Positions 22,101 to 34,100 of a stretch of 64,000 nt of DNA are shown piece after piece (the first letter of the stretch is position 1; every line of letters begins with the position of its first letter). The stretch covers positions 205,592,001-205,656,000 of the forward strand of contig NC_088793.1 of assembly GCF_011386835.1 (NCBI RefSeq), given 5' to 3'. The position numbers and the translations under genes were made by a program. Under the pieces are notes generated by a model. That model ran no database searches, had not been told where the DNA came from, and saw nothing but the letters and a program-made list of their open reading frames with translations. The DNA comes from Chrysemys picta bellii. Lineage: Eukaryota.

Positions 22101-25100
22101 GCTAGGAGTACTTGGCTGTTGGCTACAAGAGAAGGAAAAAAAAAACATATGCTAATCTCCTCCATGGAGAGAGAAGAATAAAGTGCTCCCAGCACACAGC
22201 ACTTCCCTGGCAAAGTATTCCTAAAGTTATTAGACCGTTACTAGCCACCAGGTGATCTCACCTAAACCTCTCCTTGCATTGTATATTTCTAGCAATTTTA
22301 AATTTATAGTAAATAATCCTACAACCTTTTTGTTTTGCAATGAACTTTGGGTTTCTCTTCCAACATGAATAGGGGTGAGGAGAAGGTTGTATGTTTGCTT
22401 GTGCTTTTATAAATTAGAATTTATTTCAGAATCTGCATGTCATGAAGTCTCTTTATAGCACCATTATTCAGAGCACCATTTATTTTAATCTTCACCTAAA
22501 TGGAATGTCTCAAGGTAAAAAGATGCTTCCTTGGAAGGTCTCTTTGGAATTGCCTCTTTAAATGTAAGCGTGTCAAATTCTGACTGAATTAAACTGTGTC
22601 ACATTCTCCCACCCCCATCATCAACAGGACCTTCTCCTCGCAGCAGCTTATGTCTATGATGCTCAATATAATAGAAACATTCCGTTTGAAACCTCACCGC
22701 AAGCAGTCAGGTAAGAAAACACTCTAACATCCAGTACAACAATATTCTGTGTGAAGAATTAAAATATTTAACTGGGAAAATATCTTCACTTAATTGGGAT
22801 GAGGGGGACACTGGATACAAAGAAAATTTGGATTTAAATCAATTTAATTTATTCACTAAAGCTCGGCTCCCACAAATGTTTATGCACATGCTTAATCTAG
22901 CAACAAAGAATGTAGGCCATACTTCTGTGATGGGGGGGACTCTATCCTTGAGATGTTGAGAACAAAATGAATCAAGGAACAAAAGAACATAAGAAGAAGA
23001 AATTCTTTAATTGCCTGTACACCAATGCTAGCAGCCTGGGTAACAAACAAGGTGAATTGGAATTGCTCATTTTTTCTGCATAAATTCGATCTAGATGGGA
23101 TTACTGAAATCTGGTGGGATGATTTGCATGATTGGAATGTTAAAATCAATGGTTATAATGTGTTGAGGAAGGATCAAGTGAGCAAACGGGATGGGGAAGT
23201 GGCACTCTACATCAAAAATGACATTAGTGGTTTCTGAGTGACCAATAACTCAGAAGAAAATTATCTTTGTTCCTTAAGCATTAATGTCGGAACAGATAAA
23301 GCACACGATGGAGTATTAGGTGTCTGCTACGGACCACCAAATCACACTAGGGAACAGGGTGACCAACTCCTTACACTCCAGCCTATAACGTGTGTGTGGG
23401 GGCGGGGGAGAGAACCTGCATGATCATGGGGCACTTCAGTTTGAGTGACATGTGCTGGAGGTTCATGCTGCCCGCACTGAAACATCCTTGGAATTTCTAA
23501 GCATAATAGATGGCAATTTCCTAACTCAAAAAGTGTTGCAGCCAACATAGAACGAGGTCTAATGTAGAATTCCCTTAATGGATAAAGAGCAATTGATCAC
23601 AGAACTAAAAATTATTGGTAGCTTAGGTACAAGTGATTATAGCTGCTCACATTAGTCTAGACCATACACACACATTTTAGGAGATCAGTAGATAAAGGTA
23701 ATAGTGTTTGTAATAGACGTCTCTAAGATGTTTAACATGGTACCACTTGACATTAGATTAAAAAAACTAAAGCAATATAAAACGTATGGATCTCAAAATG
23801 TGATTGTAAATAGCGAATCCTCATCAAGTAGCTGTGCTTTGATTGGGGCCTGGCAGGGATCTGTTCTTAGCCCTACCATATTTAACGTTTTTATTAATGA
23901 CCTGGAAGGAAAAACTAAAATAATCACTCTGAAAGGTTGCAGATGACCCCCAAATTTAGGAAGTGGTAAAGAACTAAGACAACAGGTCATTGATTCAGAA
24001 CGACCTGGATTGTTTAGTAAACTGGTTGTAAGCAAGCACTATGCATTTTAATACAGCTAAATGTAAACGTCTACATCAGGGGTAGGCAATCTATGGCACG
24101 CGTGCCAAAGGCGGCATGCGAGCTGATTTTCAGTGGCACTCACACTGCCCGGGTCCTGGCCACCAGTCCGGGGGCTCTGCATTTTAATTTCATTTTAAAT
24201 GAAGCTTCTTAAACATTTTAAAAACCTTATTTACTTTACATACAATAATAGTTTAGTTCTATGTTCTAGACTTATAAAAAGAGACCTTCTAAAAACATTA
24301 AAATGTATGACTGGCATGCGAAACCTTAAATTAGAGTGAATAAATGAAGACTTGGCACAGCACTTCTGAAAGGTTGCCGACCCTGGTCTACATCTAGGAA
24401 TAAAGAATGGGGACGTCCCTCCTGGACGCAGTGACTCTCTGACAAAGATTTTGGTGTCATGGTGGATAATCAGCCGAACATGAGCTCTGTGTGATGCTGT
24501 GGAGAAAAGGACTAATATGATCCTTGGATGCATAAACAAGGGAATCTCAAGTGAGAGTAGAGAGGTGGTTTACTTGATAGTAAATTATGGATCGGTAACT
24601 GTTGGCAGGCATGCAGCCTTCCCCGCACCTTGTTCCTGGAGGGATCCGGTGTCACCAGCCCAACAACAGTGCAGGGAGCCCTCTGCAGCCTGGCTGTCAT
24701 GGACCCACTCTCGTGACAGCGGGACTGTAGAGGGCTCTCTGCAGGCGCCAGGCACGGGGAAATCTGGGGGCCTGGCCTGGCGGAGCAGACAACCCCAGCC
24801 AGGGCCATGAGGAGGAGGATGCTGAGGCCCTGGGGGAGGCCACCCTGCTGCTGTAATGCTTCTGCCTTGGGATAGAGCTGGGAGCTCATTCTCCTTCTTG
24901 TTAGGGTGACCATGTGTCCTGTTTTTAAAGGGACAGTCCCGTTTTTTGGGACTTTCTTATATAGGTGCCTATTACCTCCATTCTCCACCCCACCCCCTGT
25001 CCCGTTTTTTCACAGTTGCTATCTGGTCACCCTCCTTCTTGTGGTCCTGGCCATGGGGAGGCGTCTCTACTCCACCAGGCCAGGACTGCAGCATCCCTTG

Positions 25101-28100
25101 CACTCAGGTGTTTTGGGCTCCTTTGCTGTGCTGGGAGCCCCCTGCAACCCCCCTTCAGTGCTGTGTGAACCCTTATCCCTGCCTTAACTTCCAGCAACTG
25201 CAAAAATAGTTAAAAGTTGGGCGGGGCATCTTAATTGTCAAAATTAGAAAAAAATTCTAATTTTTTATTTCATATATTTGCAATGTAGGAAGACAAACTC
25301 TTCCCAGAGAGAGTGTTCTTGCCCCTCTCTTTCTCACCTTAATGAAGTCAAATCTTGATTCTTTCTCTCTCTCTTTTGCTGGAGAAATCTTCAGAGCACC
25401 AGTGTGGGACAGCGTCTTGCTACTACGAAAGAATAGCTGCTTGTTTCCCAGACCCTCCAGCAAATGGGAGGGGATGTTGACACATTCAGGAGTCTTTCCT
25501 CTCAGTTGTTTGACGAACTATCGACAAACAGCTTTTAACCAAAACAAAAATCTGCACTTTATCCTTTAAGTGACAAGCTCTTTTATTAAAGGTGAACATC
25601 ATTGTTGAGAGTATGAATTGTTTTTTTTTTTTTTAAGATTAAAGCATTTCTAAGTATTAAGAGAAAGTGACTAATACAAAAGGAAGAGCATACAGAAGAC
25701 TAGAGGCCGTACAGGCTGAGATACAGTGGATATACATGTTGATACAACAGTCTTTCCCCATCCTTTTATTTTATTTTTAACTTCAATCAGTTTGTCCCAT
25801 TTGGCTCATCTTCCGTCAAACAGCTTAGTGCTTGTATTAAAATACAAAGACATTCTAGTCCCTTAGTTCTCTTAGTCTGGCCAACCGTGTTTCTATCAGT
25901 GATTTTATGTGGTGGTGTGTGGTGGGGGTCGTGGTTTTTTTTTTTTTTTTTTTTTTTTTTCCCCATGGCCATAATCATGAAATATGTTTTGGAGGCTGCA
26001 GTCACCAATTCAGAACCAGTATCTGTCCTCCGGGGGTGCCATTTTACTGAGTGGTTCTTCCTGCCCTTCTCCCTTCCCCAGCGAAAAGAAAGCAAGTGTA
26101 GCACTTTGTATCAATGGACAATATTATAGAATCTTTGTATCTTAAAACAACAGTGACGGACGCACAGTACACGGTCATATTTACTATTTTAACATGTTCA
26201 TGGTAAAAAACTGAAAGTCAAATGGTGCGTTTGTAAGGATAAATAAAAGACACCCATGAAAGCTAGAATATCTCACTAATAAATATAATCTCGCTCCAGG
26301 GGTAACGTGTGCTGCCAAAAGTTACGGAACAGCGGGAGCATGCTCTGTAATGAAGGTGGAAGGAAGCTAGCTTTGTATTACATGCTCGTTCTTGGTTTTC
26401 CATCTTTCCCTGCCCACACTTTTCACAAAAGAAACCAATATCCCATCTCGGGGGAGAAATTTTATGGAAAATCTGGAGAAAAGGTGTTTTAAAGCTAGCG
26501 TTCACCAAAAAATCCTTAGTGATTGGGGGGGGCTGGGGGGAGACACCTTCCTAATGCTTTTTAGCTCCGATATCTTCAAAATGGCTTGGTCTTAAACCAG
26601 AACAAATTGGGAGTTTGGAGTTTGACTGTGCTGAGAAGTGACTCTCTAAAACGTTTGGTCAGGGTTGGTTGAGGCATTACTTGGGTATCTGAATCGGGGC
26701 GGGGGGGGAAGAGGGGGAGCTGGGCGTGTCTGTGCTTGGACAGCCGGCCCCAGCTGCTGCCTATGCTACCCTGGGCAATGCTACTATTTCTAGTCGGCTA
26801 GCTGGAGCACAGGTAGTGCGCATCTGTTTTCCCGAGCTGGGGAGCGTGCTGTCCGCTCCAGTGGTGACATAACTTAAGGGGAAGGGCTAGTTAGAGAGAA
26901 GAGGCAACTTTACCAAGTTTTTGTGTTAACATTTTAATATGAAACTGAATTGAAGAATACAGGTCCTGAGTCTTACCAGTCATCTGAACAGTTAGGAAGT
27001 TTCCAATATACACAAGAACTTGGCTAAATGAACTAGCTCATTCAGGAAAGTGCTTTACAGGGACAATTCTTACAAAATCTCAGCAAATAGCTGTTTTTTT
27101 TTTTTTTTTTGTGACCTCCTGAGGCCTTGCGAGATGGAATGGGTTCCCTAGGGAGGTGATGGACTCTCCATCCTTAGAGGTTTTTAAAGACCCGGCTTGA
27201 CAAAGCCCTGTCTGGGATGATTTAGTTGGGGTTGGTCCTGCTTTGAGCAGAGGGTTGGATTAGATATTCTATGCAGGTTGTATGTGTTCCAGTAGTCTTT
27301 GGGTCAGTGGTGGGTTGCATGTGGCCCACAGGCCGCAGGTTGCCCACCACTGCTTTGGGTGTTCACGGGCCACAATTGTGTACTGTCGGAAATCATAACC
27401 TCCTTTTGTTGGATTGGAAGGGCTTGTATTCTTCTCCCCACTGTAAACTTGCTGTATCAATACACATGTACTAGTGCCCTAATTTTTAATATCTGTGGTT
27501 TGCCTCCCCAGACTTTACTATCTCTATAACCATTGGACTATGCAAGCAGCCACCTACTTCTTTATCTTTGTAGACCTTTTCCTTGCTGTGTTTGAAGATC
27601 CTGCTGTGTACCCACTCCCTTTCTTGGTAAGCAGTGGGGTAAAAGGGAACAGCTTTGTCATGTTGATGGATGGAGAAAGTTCATGTCTTCTATAATACTC
27701 CAGTTCGTCGTATAAAGGAGTATTTTTCTGCTTGCATTCAGTAGAGGAGGCTACTTGACTCTTTTTTTTTTTTTTTTAGTAATATCCATGATCCCTGGTA
27801 CTGCTGAATTAATCTCCTCTTCAGAACTCTATGGGAGCATAGCAAATATAATCCTGTGCAAACAAGGAATGGCTCTCATCAATGTGTGCAAGCCCTGTTA
27901 ACGGTGATGAGTGTTGTGTATCCATCAGCAGTACCATGGAGTGCCCCTCTGCTCCACCACCAGGTTCAAAACCTTGTTGGCTCACTTTCAGTGTTCTCTG
28001 CTTTTCTGCCCTGCGTCCCCCTATGCACAGAACATCTCCCTGAGCTGGTTGCAAGGCCACTAACCTCACCTCCTTCCTCTCCCTCCTGGAGCTGCACTTA

Positions 28101-31100
28101 TCCTGCAAACTCTTCAAGAAACTGGCCAGTGAAGACCCTGAACTATTTTATTCCTTATTTTAAACAAATGTCTGTCTTCCCTCGCACTGTGTGCCTAGCC
28201 CTTTTTGAATAACTAGTCTTCTATTTCTGGCCCAACACCCTTTCTGTGGTCTCGTCTCATCCAAGGTTGGCTTGTGGCAGGGATTATGTCTCGAGCTGCA
28301 TTGTGAGATGCTTTGCACACCATTAAGATGATTATTTAGTGTTGGCTTCTGCCCGGGGTTCTTGTGTATTACATCAGGGAGGGCAGTGTTGCCTAAAGGA
28401 TAGAGCAATTAGACTGGGACTTCAGAGACCTGGAATCTGTCCCAGCTTGGTCATTGTTGGACGACTTGGGGAAAGTCACTTCACCTCTCTGTAAACTGGG
28501 GATAATGATACTGGCCTCCTCTGTAAGGTGCTTTGAGATCTATGGATGAAAAGCTCTCTAGAAGAGCTAGGGGTTCTATTTCCAGACTAGACTTCCATAC
28601 TGCACTGGCATCGTGAAACCGTCCCAAATTCTGCATACATAAAAATCTACTAACTCCCTAAGATGCCACCCTCATTAAATTCCTAGTGTTACGCGAGAAG
28701 CACCAAATAATAGTGGCCAACATTGAACAGGGGACTTTATTTTTTTAAAAACACTTTAGGATGAGAGACAGTTCGAAAAATAGCTCAATCAACAGCAAAT
28801 TCCCAGTGAAAACCAATCTGACATGTCCTCCTTTCTGTGTTTATTGTGACTCCCCCTTCCCTCTGGCTCACTGTCTGAACTTGTCCGGTGGCAGGTAGAG
28901 AATAACGCAGCTAAGGAGAAGATCTTGGGGCAGTCTAGCAATACAGTCGCCACTTTTTGTGGCTTAAACTTTTTGTCCTCCCTTTGCAGGCCACCTCGCT
29001 GGTGGAGGTATTGTGCCTTTTGGTGTTCTTCGGGCGACTGGTGCACTTTGCCAAAGTCACCCCTCGCAATGTGTTTTGGAAGGATACAAAGAATATCTGC
29101 ATCATGATAGCAATACTGGTGAGTTGCAGCCATGGTCACTGTGACGTGAAGGAATTAGGTGTGCGAAGCTAGATCTTCTGTAGACCTTTTTCCTACTTCC
29201 ACTTCCATTGTGACAAGAATTGTGTGAAATGATGAGGCTGGTTGATAGCCAGGTCTACAAACAGCCTGTTGTATGTTCTTCCCAATTGTTCAACTCCGAT
29301 GTGTCCCCCTCTTCTCTTAATAGATCAATTTCAGAGCATGACTTACAACAGAGGCGTAATTTCTGAAATTCTGTTGAAAGAAAATGTGGCAAGAGCAATT
29401 TTCTTTATTATATGTGCGTTGTCAGACTTGATGTCATAACATGGTCTAATCTACTGAAACTTCCATGTCCTGTAGGAGATAACACTACCCCATGAAACTG
29501 GGGTGTCTCAATTCTCAAAGAGCAGGTCCCTGTGTTACAATGAGTGGTAGACCAAACCCTTTCCTGTGAATTGTTGCTGCTCTTTCTTCCACAGGTGACC
29601 TTAATTGACCTGATTATCTATGGGGCACTTAAAATCTCGAACATAAACAGCATTAGATGGTCAAGATTCCTGAGGCCCATTTTCTTAATAAACTTTGCAG
29701 AAAGTCGCCAGGTAAGCAACACTTGGTCATCACATGAATGGGTTTGGGTGGTGGTGGTTGTCTGAAGTTGCCTGCTGATATCTTGGAGTAAGAGCATTTG
29801 ACAGAGTGGCTGTAACTGCTGCCTTCCGTAGAAGGCTCTCTTATGGCTCTTTTCTTACCATGTCTGCCAAGGCCCTCTTCTTCAAAGATACCCTTGTGGT
29901 TGGTCAGCGTGAGCATTGTTGGGTGTATGCAAACACGTCCCTCTTTCCCTTTGGTGTGAATCCAAAATGCTTCCAGAGCTTCATTGTCCCCAATGGTCAA
30001 GCTCTTGGTGCCTGGCTGTGGCAGAGCAGAGAGATTGTGACAGGGAACTCTTGTGTTCTGGGCTGTGACAGAGGGAGAATAGGGCGCATATCAGCAGGGT
30101 TTCTCTCCTGCGCGGAGTGAAGATCTCTCATTGACAGCCAGGTGAGAAGAAAGTGACGCCTGCAGGCAGTGATTCCATGGCGTTGGAATGGTGGAAATAA
30201 TGGGGAATTGAAAATAGCTTCAAAAATGAACCTCCATCTCCCCCTCTTCATGAGCAGGGAAGGATTGTTCCCTACTGTGGAGGGGGGGGGGGGGGGAGAG
30301 AGAGAGCTATCTCCTTCTGCCTGTGCGGTGACCTACCTAATCACTGCCACCTCTGAGAACAGGATTGAAAAACTTCTGGCTGTAACCTGAATCCTTGCAT
30401 GGTCCCAAGTTCTTTGGGGTCAGTTCACTTGGTTTGGATTCTTACTTAAGTTAATGTCCTAATTATTCTTCCCTAACCCTGCTTCTGTTGCCTGCTCTGC
30501 TCACTTGTCAACAATTACTTGTTTCTAGAACCCTTCTAGGCAAATGAGATCACAGCTGTGCTAATTACGCTGTCATCTCAACCACATAGGCTGCCCAGAC
30601 TTTGCTTGTTCACTCCTGTGTCATGAACAGACTGGATCACTGCCTCCAACCCTATCTTGGCCCTTGCTTGACCATCAAGGCACACCCTTTGCTGTGGGGA
30701 GACAGCAGATTCTTAAAATGAGAGCATGGGACCAGCAGCCTGGAGTTACAGGTTCTAATCTTGGTTCTGCCTCTGAGTTACTGCGTGATCTCAAATTGTC
30801 TGTGGCTGTGTGAATATGGATGATCCCTACCTTGTAGGGATTTGGAGGGTTGTCTAAGATTTGTTAAAAGCATTTGAACTCTGACTGGGCACTAAGGTGC
30901 AACGGGATGAGTGTGTATTTGGTGTAGGGGCAATTATCATTCTGCTGTGCTAGATGAAGGGGTTGGGACATGACTGATTTAACCCTTAGGCTGCCATTGA
31001 TGGTACTGGTGGAAACCAGGTGTGGCCAGAAGATTGCACAGCTCTCTCTTCAGGCAGGGCAGGTGGATTGCCACTGTACAGCAGCACTGACGCCATGCTG

Positions 31101-34100
31101 TCTGGAGGGTTGTCAGTGTGGCAGTGACTAACGTGGAAGAAGGGGCTTCAGGGACTTGATGGGCAGCACTGCAGCCCCAGTAGTGACAGCCGCATGTGAA
31201 TAGCGGGACCAGGGGAGCTAGCATCTTAAAACTTGGCCTGTTCTCTTCAGGTTCTTGAACTGTGCCCATCACCATGGTATCTGAGCACACTCTAACCAGC
31301 AAAATGGCAGGTGGGATTATTTCTTCCAACATGCACTTTGCACATAGCATTGAATTGCCAACTGTACATACCAAATGATGGGGGTCTAAATTAGCAGTTA
31401 CCACTAAGAAAGATCTTGGAGTCATTATGGACAGGTCTCTGAAAACATCTGTCAACATGCTGCAGCAGCAGTCAAAAAAGCTAACAACGTTGGGAGCCAG
31501 TAGGCTAGGGATGGATAATAAGAGGAAAAATATCATAATGCCACTGTATAAATTCATGGTACACCCATATTTTGAATACTTCCTGCAGTTCTGGTCACCC
31601 CATATTAAAAAAAAAAAAAATCTTAGAATTAGAAAAGATGCAGAGAAGGGCAACACAAATGATTAGGGGTATAGAACAGCTTCCACATGAGGAGAGGTTA
31701 AATAGACTGGGACTGTTCGGCTTAGAAAAGAGATGACTGAGGGAGGGATGTCCTAGAGGTCTATAAAATCATGAATGGTGTGGAGAAAGTGAGTAGGGAA
31801 GTGGTATTTACCCCTTCATGTAACACATGAACCAGGGGTCACCCAATAAAATATATTTAGCAGGTTTAAAAGAAACATAAGGAAGTACTTCTTCAATCAA
31901 CACAGTCAACTTGTGGAACTCACTGCCAGGGGATATTGTGAAGGCCAAAAGTATAACTGGGTTAAAAAAAGAACTAGGGCCATCAATGACTATTAGCTTA
32001 GATGGTCAGGGACAGAACCCTATGCTCTGGGTGTCCCTAAACCTCTGACTTCCAGAAGCTGGGACCGGGTGACAGGATGTATCACTTGATAATTGCCCTG
32101 TTCTGTTCATTCCCTCTGAACCTTTTGTCACTGGCCACTGTCAGAAGTCAGACTAGGCTACCTGCACCATTGGTCTGACCCAGCAAGGCCATTCTTATGA
32201 CTTAACATCTGTCTTGTGTGGTGCCATCTCCATTCCTCTCTCTCCCCAAAGGGAAATCTCCATGTTTTTGTGTAAGCTTTCATCCCTCCTACTCTGATTT
32301 AGACACAGCTCAGTTCAGCTCTGGCTCATGAAGTGGCCTACCCATGGTTCGAACGTGACTGCTTAATGTTGAACAACTTTTCCTCTGCCTGCCGGGGAAC
32401 TGTTGGGTGAGAGGCCGACTTGCTTTATAAACTTGGCGTATTTAGTGACTTAGAGGAGGCTTAGGCTTTGTCTACACTAGCACTTTTGTCAGTCAGGGAA
32501 GTGGTGGTGGGGAAATGTAATTTTCAATGACGAAAGCACTGGTTTGGACAATGCTGTGTTGGTGGGAGACGCTCTCCTGCCAACCTAGCTACTGCCGCTT
32601 GTTGGGGGTGGTTTAATTATGCCAGTGGGAGAGCTCTCTCCTACCGGCATAGAGTGGCTACACGGGAGACCTTAGAGCAGCACAGCTGCCCTGCTGTAAG
32701 ACTCATGTAGACATAGCCTTACACACTTGTCTGTGTCATGATGCAGGCTTCTGGGTAAAAGAGCTTTTCTAAGCAGTTGTACGGAGCAGTGATTTACGTG
32801 AGGATGATGGTCTTGGACTGCATCAACTGTAAAACCATGACCACCTGGTGACTGACTGGCAGAGTCTGGCAATGTTTGTTCGACTTTAGTGACTGAATTG
32901 TGCATGGGGACATCTTCAGGCGGGTGTGAGTTGAGAACCTTTGCTTGCGTCCCCTTTTTCAACAGGGTGTCTCTGCTGTACATAGATAGGGACTCCTCTT
33001 CTCTTCTGTCTCTTGGGGACGGGGGAAGAAGGCCCTGGTATCTTCCTAGGCTCTGCCTACATGAGATGCCATTCAGACTGTGTATGCTCAGTTGGCCAAC
33101 AAGCCCATGGAACCCAGAGAAGACTCCTCCATGGCAGTGCTTGTCTATACCAAGTGTGAAGTCGTGTCTAATACTGCTAGTTGAAATGTGTTGGCTCACA
33201 AGTTTCCTGTGATGCAGCATTTTCCTGGTGGAACATACCCTTACAGCAGACTGTGCTGATCTTCCTAGGATGATTGTCCCCTCCTTCCTTACACACTTCA
33301 TACACCGTACAATAGCTAACAATATTGTTAATTAAATCATTGTCACGGGACACCCGGGGCATTACCCCATTGAAACAAATGAGACTTTGGGGGGGAGGGG
33401 GGCCTCTCAAAGCTATTTTCACAGGCTGCCTGCAGACTCAGGCAGATATTGTTGCAACAGCTTACGCTTAGTTCATCTTTGGACGCTGGAAGGTTTTCTT
33501 TGCAAACATAAGGGCTAGAGACTTAACTTTGACATTCTGGGGACCAAGATGACATCCTCCAAAAACCAAGTTACCAGGCAGCCAATCTAGCTTGACCTGG
33601 CCCAGTTTGGGCCCTAGAGAAACAGGTGGTGTAACGATGCAGAGTGGAGTTTGCTGTTGGGCATAGTTAATTGGTGGCTAGATCAGTTTGTCTCACTGGA
33701 AAGAACTCCTATGTCCTGCCCTGCCTGATCATGGCAGGGCTACAAACTCCGGTATGAAAGCCACGGGGAAAGCTGACGCAGTTTGGTTTCTAAACGCTCC
33801 CTGTTGTGTCTTGGCAGATCCGGAGAGTGTTCCGCAGTATACGAAACACACTGCCAGAGATCACGTACGTCTTCCTGCTCTTCATGTTCAGCGTCCTCAT
33901 GTTCTCGCTCATGGCTCTGAAGCTGTTCGGTGACAGGTGAGAGCATTTTCCGTTCTGGAGTTCCCCGTGTGGTGGGTTTCAAGCTTTGGATCTGAGGGAA
34001 TCTGCTGGCTCCAAATCCTGCAGATGACGCAGTATGGCTGCGGTTCTAGAACTGCTGAGCAACCATGACTGGCTTTATCATCTGTGGGTATTGGGTACTC

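Noticed and set aside
29653-30251. Minus-strand ORFs (115 and 84 aa) in TPC3 intron 5
   Set aside because: Partly antisense to exon 5, with no motif or splice structure I can support.
30979-31656. 225-aa minus-strand ORF
   Set aside because: It is the antisense frame of a CR1 3' fragment plus flank.
32672-33322. 216-aa minus-strand ORF
   Set aside because: No recognisable protein; a neighbouring frame has RRGVPIYV resembling a LINE endonuclease GGVAIY motif, so it is probably a decayed LINE relic, too weak to call.
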